Source: Candidatus Omnitrophota bacterium | Lineage (GTDB): Bacteria > Omnitrophota > Gorgyraeia > Gygaellales > Profunditerraquicolaceae | DNA: 54,045 nt | Assembly: GCA_043813255.1 (NCBI GenBank) | Contig: JBDRLG010000150.1 | Span: forward strand, 1-54,045 | Direction of reading: 5' to 3' | In this document: positions 9,022 through 17,076 of the stretch, piece by piece | Numbering within the stretch: position 1 is the stretch's first letter | Layout: every line of letters starts with the position of its first letter | Program-made: the position numbers and the translations under genes | Notes under the pieces: generated by a model | The model's database searches: none | Told to the model about the DNA's origin: nothing | Seen by the model: the letters and a program-made list of their open reading frames with translations, nothing else

Positions 9022-9171
9022 ATGGCTGAAAAAGGATATTGCGTGAAATGTAAAGCAAGCAAAGAAATGCAGGATGAACAAAAAGTAACTATGAAAAACG
9101 GCCGTCCGGCAGCAAAAGGAAAATGCCCTGATTGCGGGACAGGGATGTATAAGATTCTAAGTAATAAATAA
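9022..9171 (+). CDS. small zinc-ribbon protein, DUF5679-like (49 aa). It is absent from the ORF track because it is shorter than 60 aa.
   Basis: A strong AAGGAGG RBS sits 6-7 nt upstream. The translation is MAEKGYCVKCKASKEMQDEQKVTMKNGRPAAKGKCPDCGTGMYKILSNK, with CxxC...CxxC cysteine pairs. Confidence 0.7.
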   Translation: MAEKGYCVKCKASKEMQDEQKVTMKNGRPAAKGKCPDCGTGMYKILSNK

Positions 9172-9255
9172 CCCGTTTGGAGGTAGATTACCATAGAAAC
9201 TAAAAAGTTAGTTTTACATATTGCATCTATTGCCCGTTCTAAAAAAGCTCAAAAA

Positions 9256-9546
9256 GTGCATATTCTTGATATGCGCGCGGTTTGCGGCTTTTGCGATTAT
9301 TTTTTAATTGCCAGCGGTACATCTTTAAGGCAGACAAACGCGGTCGCGCAAGCTATAGAAGATGAATTAGCCAAATTAAGAATAAAACTACGCTCCAAAG
9401 TCGCTTATAATGATGAATCAGGCTGGATCGTTCTTGATTATTTGAGTGTGGTGGCGCATATTTTCTATGAACCGGTGAGAGATTTTTATGATTTAGAGCG
9501 GCTATGGTCTGACGCGAAAAGAGTCAGGATTCCCAGAGAAGCATAA
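9256..9546 (+). CDS. rsfS: ribosome silencing factor RsfS (iojap family). The true start is probably upstream, at a non-canonical codon at 9187 or 9193.
   Basis: The motifs are DYFLIASGTSLRQTNAVAQAI, GWIVLDY, VVAHIF and ERLW. The in-frame upstream peptide LVLHIASIARSKKAQKVHILD matches the usual RsfS N-terminal helix. Confidence 0.85.
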   Translation: MHILDMRAVCGFCDYFLIASGTSLRQTNAVAQAIEDELAKLRIKLRSKVAYNDESGWIVLDYLSVVAHIFYEPVRDFYDLERLWSDAKRVRIPREA

Positions 9547-9600
9547 TAAGTGTAATGTTTCTTTCTATCAGTAGGTTTGGATAGTAGATGCGGCAAAATT

Positions 9601-9857
9601 GGTAGCCGCAAGCTTAAGCTTGCGTAAATAAACCCAAATTTTGCATTAGCAAAATTTGCCCGCCACGTCCCGTTGGGACTCCGCCGTTGGCGGGGTCCCT
9701 TGCGGGATAGGGCCGGCCGAAAAATCTCGACGAGATTTTTCGTGTTTGCCGGGGTAATCCCGAATTTAGTTTGCATTCTTTTAGTACAGATAATTCGACG
9801 ATATCGGATTTCTAATGCAAAATTTGGGATAAACGCAGGCTAAAGCCTGCGGCTACC
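9601..9857. repeat. REPIN-like doublet (inverted relative to 977..1032) whose loop is interrupted by a MITE
   Basis: The left arm is ggtagccgcaagcttaagcttgcgtaaataaa and the right arm is ataaacgcaggctaaagcctgcggctacc. With the insert removed, the sequence is nearly the reverse complement of 977..1032. Confidence 0.85.
9633..9828. mobile_element. MITE copy 1 (196 bp)
   Basis: It has perfect 17-bp TIRs, cccaaattttgcattag / ctaatgcaaaatttggg. It is flanked by a 5-bp direct duplication ATAAA (9628..9632 and 9829..9833), and the interior is a cluster of GC-rich hairpins. Confidence 0.85.
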
Positions 9858-9875
9858 ATCTTTTATTTTTATCGT

Positions 9876-11513
9876 ATGAAACAGCCAACAGAAAAATTAT
9901 TAATATCAATAATCAAAGATTCTTTAAAAGAGCTGGATTGGCAGCTGCCTGATAAAGAGCTTTATCTGGATTTGCCTCAGGATGCCCGTTTCGGAGACCT
10001 GGCGTCTAACGCCGCGTTAAAACTAACCAAGGTTCTTAAAAAATCCCCGCGGGAAATAGCTCAAAGTATTGTCCATACGCTTAGCAATCATCTTCAAAAT
10101 TGCCCTTTGAAAGGCTATGTTAAAGATATCAAGATTGAAGGCGCTGGTTTTATTAATTTTTATTTAAATGACAGCTATTTTCATCATGAACTTAAATCTT
10201 TGCTTTTAGAAGGCAAAGATTATTTACGGGCGGATTCCGGTAAAGGAAAAAAAGTTCTAATTGAATTCGTAAGAGCAAATCCTACAGGGCCTTTATCAGT
10301 AGCGCACGCGAGGCAGGCGGCAGTAGGGGATGCTTTAGCTAATATCTTAGCTTTTCTGGGGTTTGAGGTCCAAAAGGAATATTATTTAAATGATGAAGGC
10401 AATCAGATAAATATACTCGGCCGTTCAGTAGATTTAAGGCTTAAAGAATTATTAGGAGAAAGCATAGAATTTCCTGAAGACCATTATCAGGGCGATTATA
10501 TTTATGATATCGCCAGAGAGATAATGGATAAGAAACTGCAGGTTAAAGACCATGGGGAATTCGCGGGGGAGCATATTCTAAATATAATAAAGCAAGAGTT
10601 GAATGATTTTGGAGTAAGGTTTGATAATTGGTATAGCCAGAAGGCGTTAGGCAAAAGCGGGAAAGTAGAAAAGGCCTTGGATGATTTGAAGAAAAAAGGT
10701 TTTATATATGAACAGGATGGAGCTGTCTGGTTTAAGTCAACAGAACTAGGGGATGATAAAGACAGGGTAGTAATAAAAAGCGATAAAACATATACTTACC
10801 TGACTCCTGATATCGCTTATCATCAGGAAAAATACAACCGTGGATTTGACTGGTTGATAAATCTTTGGGGCCCTGACCATCATGGGTATATCAGCAGGCT
10901 AAAGGCGTCTGTTGCGGCTTTCGGCCATGACCCGCAGTCTTTGTCAATTATTATAGTCCAGCTTGCCACTATATTCAGGGAAGGTAATCCTGTTCAGATG
11001 TCCACACGAAAAGGGCAGTATATTACTCTTAGGGAAGTCCTTGAAGAAACCGGGCCTGACGCGGCGAGATTTTTCTTTTTGATGAGGCGCACTTCCAGCC
11101 ATCTGGATTTTGATCTGGATGTTGCCAAAAAACAAACAAAAGAAAATCCTGTCTATTATGTCCAGTACGCGCACGCAAGGATTTCAAGTATTTTAAACAG
11201 CTATGGAAGTAAAGTAGACGCGAGTTTAGCGGACCTTAGCGTATTAAAAGAAAAAGAAGAAATAGAATTAATGAAAAAGATTTGCCAGTTTTCTTATATA
11301 CTTACTATTTGTTTAGGCACGCAGGATCCTTATATGATAACTATTTATCTGCAGGAATTAGCTGAAGATTTTCATAAGTTTTATGATTTGCACCGTGTTT
11401 TAGGGCAGGATGAAAAAGTTACTACTGCCCGTATTGTGCTTTTAAAAGCGGCCCAGATTATTATTGCCGCTGGCCTTGATTTAATGGGTATATCAAAGCC
11501 TGAAAAGATGTAA
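9876..11513 (+). CDS. argS: arginine--tRNA ligase
   Basis: It is a full-length class I ArgS with ANPTGPLSVAHARQ in the HIGH region, QMSTRKG in the KMSK-like region, and a C-terminal anticodon-binding domain. Confidence 0.92.
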   Translation: MKQPTEKLLISIIKDSLKELDWQLPDKELYLDLPQDARFGDLASNAALKLTKVLKKSPREIAQSIVHTLSNHLQNCPLKGYVKDIKIEGAGFINFYLNDSYFHHELKSLLLEGKDYLRADSGKGKKVLIEFVRANPTGPLSVAHARQAAVGDALANILAFLGFEVQKEYYLNDEGNQINILGRSVDLRLKELLGESIEFPEDHYQGDYIYDIAREIMDKKLQVKDHGEFAGEHILNIIKQELNDFGVRFDNWYSQKALGKSGKVEKALDDLKKKGFIYEQDGAVWFKSTELGDDKDRVVIKSDKTYTYLTPDIAYHQEKYNRGFDWLINLWGPDHHGYISRLKASVAAFGHDPQSLSIIIVQLATIFREGNPVQMSTRKGQYITLREVLEETGPDAARFFFLMRRTSSHLDFDLDVAKKQTKENPVYYVQYAHARISSILNSYGSKVDASLADLSVLKEKEEIELMKKICQFSYILTICLGTQDPYMITIYLQELAEDFHKFYDLHRVLGQDEKVTTARIVLLKAAQIIIAAGLDLMGISKPEKM

Positions 11514-13187
11514 ATGATAAAAATCCCCGCCCCAAATAAGCTTCTACAGGAACTTTTTTTCAAACAGCTTGAGATTTCAAAAGTTACTGCCCAGATATTG
11601 ATTAACCGCGGAATAACTGATACTGAAGAAGCGTATAATTTCTTAAATACCAGCCTTGATAATCTGCTGGACCCTTTTTCATTCACGGATATGGAAAAAG
11701 CAGTTAATTTAGTTAGAACCCACGCTCGGCAAAAGAATAAAATTATGGTTTTTGGTGATTATGACGTAGACGGAGTAACCTCAACCGCCCTGCTTAAAAA
11801 TACACTTTCACGTATGGGAATAGAAGCGTCTCATTACCTGCCGCACCGTGTTAAAGAAGGTTATGGGTTAAGCAAAAATATTGTTTCTATTGTTAAAGAA
11901 AAAGATATTAAGCTTTTGATAACAGTTGACTGCGGCACAAGCAGTCATAAAGAACTTAAAGCCTTAGAGCACGCGGGAGTAGATGTTATTGTCACCGACC
12001 ATCACGAGCCAGCGGATTCAACGCATCCTCAGGCTCAAGCGGTTATTAACCCAAAATTAAAAAATAGCGGGTATAAATACCGTGATTTAGCCGGCGTGGG
12101 AGTGGCGTATAAATTATGCCAGGCCATTACACAAGATAAGCTTATTGATGATTTGGATTTGGTTTCTTTGGGGACAATCGCTGATGTAGTGCCTTTGTCA
12201 GGAGAAAACCGCATTATCGCGAAATTCGGTTTAGCAGGCATGGCAAATACAAATAAAGCGGGTTTATACGCCTTAATAGAAAACAGCGGGATAAAAAACA
12301 AAAAAATTACTTCTACATTTATAGGTTTTATACTCGGGCCGCGTATTAATGCCAGCGGCCGCGTAGGGACAGCGCAAGCGTCTTTAGACTTATTGATGGC
12401 CAGGGATAAGTCCGAGGCGGAGGTATTGGCAAAGGTTTTAGAGAAATGTAATAGAGAACGCCAGAAAATAGAAGGCAAGATTATGGAGGAGGCCTTAAGC
12501 GTAATTGAGAGGGAAGTTAATTTTAAAGAGCATAAAGTAATTGTGGTTTCAGGTTCTGGCTGGCATCAGGGAGTTTTGGGGATAGTGGCTTCAAAGATAG
12601 CAGACAGGTTTTACCGGCCGGCAATAGTAATATCTGAAGATGATATTTTATGCAAAGGCTCCGGGCGCTCAATAAAGAATTTTCATTTATTCCATGCCTT
12701 GACAGAATGCAGTGAGTTTTTGGATAATTTTGGCGGGCACAGCCACGCGGTAGGGCTTAATATTTCTAGAAATAATATTGTGGATTTTAAGAATAAAATA
12801 AACAATATCGCCTATGAAAAACTTTCTTTGGAAGATTTAGTTCCTAGTTTAGATGTGGATATGGAATTAAGCCTGTCAGATATAAATAATGGATTAATAA
12901 CGGAATTAGAAATGCTTGAGCCGTTCGGCACAGGAAATCCAGCGCCGTTATTTTATACCGCTAATTTAAAATTAAAATCCCGGCCGCAGCTTTTAGGAAG
13001 AGATACTATTAAATTCTGGCTTACTGACAGCAATACTGTTTTTCAGGCAATAGGTTTCAGCAAAGGCAGGTTTATGGATAGCCTTGTTAATGCCGATTAT
13101 TTTGACATGGTTTATACTATACGCAGAGACACCTGGCAGGGGCGGACAAGCACGCTTTTAGAAATAAAAGATATTATTTTTAAATAA
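11514..13187 (+). CDS. recJ: single-stranded-DNA-specific exonuclease RecJ
   Basis: The DHH family motifs are present: GDYDVDGVTS, VDCGT, VTDHH and the GGHxxAxG region (FGGHSHAVG). The ATG directly follows the argS stop codon. Confidence 0.9.
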   Translation: MIKIPAPNKLLQELFFKQLEISKVTAQILINRGITDTEEAYNFLNTSLDNLLDPFSFTDMEKAVNLVRTHARQKNKIMVFGDYDVDGVTSTALLKNTLSRMGIEASHYLPHRVKEGYGLSKNIVSIVKEKDIKLLITVDCGTSSHKELKALEHAGVDVIVTDHHEPADSTHPQAQAVINPKLKNSGYKYRDLAGVGVAYKLCQAITQDKLIDDLDLVSLGTIADVVPLSGENRIIAKFGLAGMANTNKAGLYALIENSGIKNKKITSTFIGFILGPRINASGRVGTAQASLDLLMARDKSEAEVLAKVLEKCNRERQKIEGKIMEEALSVIEREVNFKEHKVIVVSGSGWHQGVLGIVASKIADRFYRPAIVISEDDILCKGSGRSIKNFHLFHALTECSEFLDNFGGHSHAVGLNISRNNIVDFKNKINNIAYEKLSLEDLVPSLDVDMELSLSDINNGLITELEMLEPFGTGNPAPLFYTANLKLKSRPQLLGRDTIKFWLTDSNTVFQAIGFSKGRFMDSLVNADYFDMVYTIRRDTWQGRTSTLLEIKDIIFK

Positions 13188-13233
13188 TTTATTGATTTTT
13201 CTGTGGCGGGGTTTGGTATTGTAATATAATAAT

Positions 13234-13254
13234 GGGCGGACGCAAGGCCCGCCC
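13234..13254. terminator. GC hairpin between the convergent genes recJ and rpmB
   Basis: The stem is gggcgg / ccgccc with a 9-nt loop, placed between the two converging stop codons. Confidence 0.5.
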
Positions 13255-13265
13255 CTACATATTTA

Positions 13266-13493
13266 TTACGCTTTTACTATTTTGCCTTTTTTCATGCATT
13301 TGGTGCAGACATAAACTCTTTGAGGTTTATTATCCAATAAAATGCGGGTTTTTTGAAGGTTTGGCAGGAATTTTCTTTTTATAGCACGGCTTACTTTGCT
13401 TCCTGTTCCGCCTTTTTTCTTAGGCAAACCTTTGCGCACCAGAGTTTTACCTGATTGCGCGCTTTTTTTACAAATTGCACATTGTCTTTTCAT
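13266..13493 (-). CDS. rpmB: 50S ribosomal protein L28
   Basis: The 75-aa basic protein contains RKFLPNLQ and has an L28-like layout. A GAAGGAG RBS lies upstream on the minus strand. Confidence 0.85.
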   Translation of the reverse strand: MKRQCAICKKSAQSGKTLVRKGLPKKKGGTGSKVSRAIKRKFLPNLQKTRILLDNKPQRVYVCTKCMKKGKIVKA

Positions 13494-13584
13494 TTTTGTT
13501 CACGCTCCTTCAATGAGTCTCGATGATATATCGGGACGAATTGAACCCCGCCAAAGGCGGGGTAAGTAATTCATTAGGTTCTTT

Positions 13585-13612
13585 AGTATACTTGAAAATA
13601 CCGTATTGTCAA
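13585..13612 (-). promoter_or_regulatory. sigma70-type promoter for rpmB
   Basis: The minus strand reads TTGACA, a 16-nt spacer, then TATACT. A ccccgccaaaggcgggg hairpin lies in the leader at 13546..13562. Confidence 0.6.
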
Positions 13613-13643
13613 GATAAATACGTAAACACGCAAGAGAATTTTT

Positions 13644-13820
13644 CCCTCCTTTTTGGAGACTGTGCCAAATGAAGCTTTTGGGAGTATTTGTGTCATTGCG
13701 GGGAGTGAAACGACGAAGCAATCTCTACGAGGGTTAAGATTGCTTCCTCTGCACCATACGGTGCAGGGTCGCAATGACACTGAAAAAAGGTCATTTGACC
13801 CGGTCTCACAAGGGGAGGGG
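13644..13820. repeat. ~175-bp nested palindrome, GTCATTGCGAG family (long copy 2)
   Basis: The architecture matches 2402..2567, but the right half carries the module ctgcaccatacggtgcagg where copy 1 has gcccttcggggc. Confidence 0.85.
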
Positions 13821-13834
13821 AATTGCGCAGAGAA

Positions 13835-16800
13835 ATGATTAACAAAGATTCTAAAACTTTCCAGTTTCCCCAAGTATGCATAGTTGAGGCTTCTGCCGGT
13901 TCAGGCAAGACTTATACTTTGGCTAAAAGATACTTACAGCTTTTGATTAATCCTTATTTAAAAGCAGAGCAAATCCCTTTAAATACAATTCTGGCGATAA
14001 CTTTTACTAATAAAGCGGCAATTGAGATGAAAGAGCGTATTTTGGAGTTTTTAAAGAAAATCGCTCTGGATAAATTCAAGGATGACAATGAGAAGGAGGA
14101 TATACTCTCTTCTTTGGCAGTAGAACAGGGTTTTGCCCGGCAAAAGGCTTTAAGAATATTAGATGAAATCATCAGGAACTATAATTTTTTTCAGGTTCAG
14201 ACTATAGATAGTTTTATTAATGCTATTCTTTGCGGCTGCGCGTTTAAACTGGATTTATCCGCCAACTTTAAGACAGAAGAAGACCACAGGCAGTATCTGG
14301 CATATAGTTTGGATAAGCTTATTGACAGGGCTTCCACAGATAAACATATTCTGCAATTATTTCATGAATTCCTTAAACAATACTTATTTATTGAAAATAA
14401 AACCAGCTGGTTTCCGAAACAAGGCATTCTTTTGGTTTTGGAATCTTTATTTTCCAAGGTTAACAGGTATTCCGGAGTCTTTACAGCTAATGATATAAAG
14501 GCTGATGATTTGCTTTCGCGCAAGAAAGATATCCTGAATTTACTCAGAGAGTTAGAAAAAAATCTGCCTCAAGGCACCAACGCGGTGTTAATGAAAAATC
14601 TATCAGGTTTTATTGAAAAGAATAAAGAAAGTTTTGATATTGATAACCTCTCAGCTTTCTTTAAAAGAGAAAGTTTTCCTGTTAATAAAGGATATCAAAC
14701 GCCTGTGGAAACAAAACAGCTTTGGGATAAAATACGAAAGAATATTAGGGAACTTTGTGAACTGGAATCGGCCTTCGCGTTTAATTATTATGTGGAGATA
14801 TTCAATAAAGTGGCTTATGATTTGAACGGGATTTGCGCTAAGGAAGATATATTGTTTCTTGAGGCTTTGAACAGCCGGGCGCGCTCTTTACTTGATGAGA
14901 AATCTTTGAGCCTGCCTGAGCTTTATTACCGGCTTGCCAGCAGGTTTAGGCATTTTCTTATTGACGAATTTCAGGACACTTCCAAACTGCAGTGGGATAA
15001 TCTTTTTATTATGGTAGAAGAGGCGCTTGCTACAAGAGGCTCTTTATTTTATGTGGGAGATAAAAAGCAGGCAATCTATCGTTTCAGGGGAGGGGAAGTT
15101 TCTTTAATTGATTTGGTAAAAGAGCGGTTTAAAAGTTCTAATTTAATCCAGAATACGCTCTCTAAAAATTACCGCAGTCAGAAAGAAATCGTAGAATTTA
15201 ATAATAAGGTTTTTTCACGAGAAAACCTGATAAGGTTTATCAGCGTTAAAGAACAGGCGCAGAAAGACAGCTTAAAACTTTTACCTGAAGAAATAACTCA
15301 GATTATTGAAGTATTCTCTGGTTCAGAGCAGAGCTACAGGGAAGATAAAACTCAAGGTTATGTTCAGGTGGAATATATTGAATGTAAAATAAAACAGGAA
15401 AGAGACGATATCCTTAAAGATAAAATTCTGGATTTGATTGATCAGTTAAAACAGCGATTTGCCTTTTCCGATATCGCTTTGCTTGCCAGAAAGAATGATG
15501 AGGTTGAATTGTTGACCTCATGGCTTTTGGAAAAGAAAATCCCTGTAGAATCGGAAAAGACGCTGGATATCCGGCAGAATTCTTATATAAAAGAACTGGT
15601 TTCATTTTTGAAATTCCTTGATTCGCCGATTGATAATCTCTCATTTGCTTCGTTTATACTGGGAGATATATTTTTAAAGGCTTCGGGTTTTGATGTGAAA
15701 GATATGCGGGAATTCCTGTTTTCGCGAAATAATATGAACAGCCGCGCAGGCGCGTATTTATACAGGGATTTTCGTTTGGAATTTCCTCAGGTATGGGAAG
15801 ATTTATTTGAGGATTTCTTTAAAAATGTCGGCTTAGTGCCTTTTTATGAATTAGTAATAAGTATTTTAAATAAATTTAAGATTATGAAGGAATTTCCTTC
15901 TTATCAGGGTTTTTTTATGAGGTTTTTAGAGCTGATTAAAGAACAAGAAGAGGATTATTCCAGTATTTCTTCATTTCTAGAATTTTTTGATAATCTTCAG
16001 GGAGATGATTTATACGTGAATATAGCATCCGCGCAGGCGGTAAGAATACTTACTATACATAAATCAAAAGGGCTGGAATTCCCCGTGGTTATTATACCTT
16101 TTCTGGAAATGAATATTGAAGCGGACCAAGAGGCAATTATCAGTATAAATAATGAACTTAAACTTATACGGCTTAAGAAAAAATATACGGAATTTTCGAG
16201 TTTGCTTGAATCAGCTTATAGGGAAAGTTATTTGAAATCGTTTGTTGATGAATTAAACAGTATTTATGTCGCGTTGACCCGGCCCCAGCAAGAGCTCTAT
16301 ATTTTTACCGCTTCAAGAGCGGCAAACGGATTTAATCCAGCAAGCATACTTTTACCCGAAAATAATTCAGCACAAGGCAGAAAAATAACTCTTTTATGTC
16401 ATTCCCGCGAAGGCGGGAATCCAGAATTTATTAATTCTAATAATACGATAGATATTCCTCCTTCAGAATATAAAGACTGGATTCATTTGTTAAAAGATGA
16501 GTGGACGCAGGAGAGCGTTTTAAAGGCAAGAGACAAAGTTTTAAAAGGCCAGATACTTCACTGTGTGCTTTCTTTTATCGGTAATCTGTATAATCAAGAC
16601 AAACAGGCAATAATTAATCAGGCCTTAGGCAGGGCTAATAAAAAATTCCCTTTTGCCGGAGATTTTAACGAATTCAGACAGAGTATAGATAAATTATTAA
16701 ACCACAGCAGGATAAAACCTTATTTTGAAACAAAAGACGCCGAAGTTTTTCTTGAAAAAGAAATCATTGATAAATTCGGCAGCACGAAAAGGATAGACCG

Positions 16801-16981
16801 TTTAATAGTTTATCCCCAAGAGGTACTGATAATAGATTATAAGAGTACTAAAGAAGAAAATGCGGATTATCAACAGCAGGTTCGCGGGTATATAGAGGTA
16901 ATTAAGGAGATTTATCCGGATAAGAAAATAAGAGGGATGTTGATTTATCTGGATGATTTTAGTTTGGAAGAAGTAATTTAA
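13835..16981 (+). CDS. addA: AddA/RecB-like UvrD-family helicase with a C-terminal PD-(D/E)xK nuclease
   Basis: It has Walker A EASAGSGKTYTL, DEFQDTS, the helicase motifs VGDKKQAIYRFRGG and TIHKSKGLEF, and the C-terminal nuclease motif RIDRLIVY..LIIDYKS. A TTG at 13823 is an alternative start. Confidence 0.8.
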   Translation: MINKDSKTFQFPQVCIVEASAGSGKTYTLAKRYLQLLINPYLKAEQIPLNTILAITFTNKAAIEMKERILEFLKKIALDKFKDDNEKEDILSSLAVEQGFARQKALRILDEIIRNYNFFQVQTIDSFINAILCGCAFKLDLSANFKTEEDHRQYLAYSLDKLIDRASTDKHILQLFHEFLKQYLFIENKTSWFPKQGILLVLESLFSKVNRYSGVFTANDIKADDLLSRKKDILNLLRELEKNLPQGTNAVLMKNLSGFIEKNKESFDIDNLSAFFKRESFPVNKGYQTPVETKQLWDKIRKNIRELCELESAFAFNYYVEIFNKVAYDLNGICAKEDILFLEALNSRARSLLDEKSLSLPELYYRLASRFRHFLIDEFQDTSKLQWDNLFIMVEEALATRGSLFYVGDKKQAIYRFRGGEVSLIDLVKERFKSSNLIQNTLSKNYRSQKEIVEFNNKVFSRENLIRFISVKEQAQKDSLKLLPEEITQIIEVFSGSEQSYREDKTQGYVQVEYIECKIKQERDDILKDKILDLIDQLKQRFAFSDIALLARKNDEVELLTSWLLEKKIPVESEKTLDIRQNSYIKELVSFLKFLDSPIDNLSFASFILGDIFLKASGFDVKDMREFLFSRNNMNSRAGAYLYRDFRLEFPQVWEDLFEDFFKNVGLVPFYELVISILNKFKIMKEFPSYQGFFMRFLELIKEQEEDYSSISSFLEFFDNLQGDDLYVNIASAQAVRILTIHKSKGLEFPVVIIPFLEMNIEADQEAIISINNELKLIRLKKKYTEFSSLLESAYRESYLKSFVDELNSIYVALTRPQQELYIFTASRAANGFNPASILLPENNSAQGRKITLLCHSREGGNPEFINSNNTIDIPPSEYKDWIHLLKDEWTQESVLKARDKVLKGQILHCVLSFIGNLYNQDKQAIINQALGRANKKFPFAGDFNEFRQSIDKLLNHSRIKPYFETKDAEVFLEKEIIDKFGSTKRIDRLIVYPQEVLIIDYKSTKEENADYQQQVRGYIEVIKEIYPDKKIRGMLIYLDDFSLEEVI
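16397..16421. repeat. repeat half-unit (perfect 8-bp stem hairpin) embedded in-frame in the addA-like CDS
   Basis: The sequence gtcattcccgcgaaggcgggaatcc encodes ..CHSREGGNPE... It is near-identical to the intergenic unit gtcattctccgcgaaggcggagaatcc at 44754. Confidence 0.8.
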
Positions 16982-17005
16982 TTTCCTTCCTCTTGTGAAC
17001 CATTT

Positions 17006-17065
17006 GTGTCATTGCGAGGAGCCGTAGGCGACGCGGCCCCGCCTTGGCGGGGCTCGCAATGACAC
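17006..17065. repeat. short GTCATTGCGAG-family hairpin between addA-like and addB-like
   Basis: The sequence is gtgtcattgcgaggagccgtaggcgacgcggccccgccttggcggggctcgcaatgacac. Confidence 0.8.
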
Positions 17066-17076
17066 CAAAATAGTAT

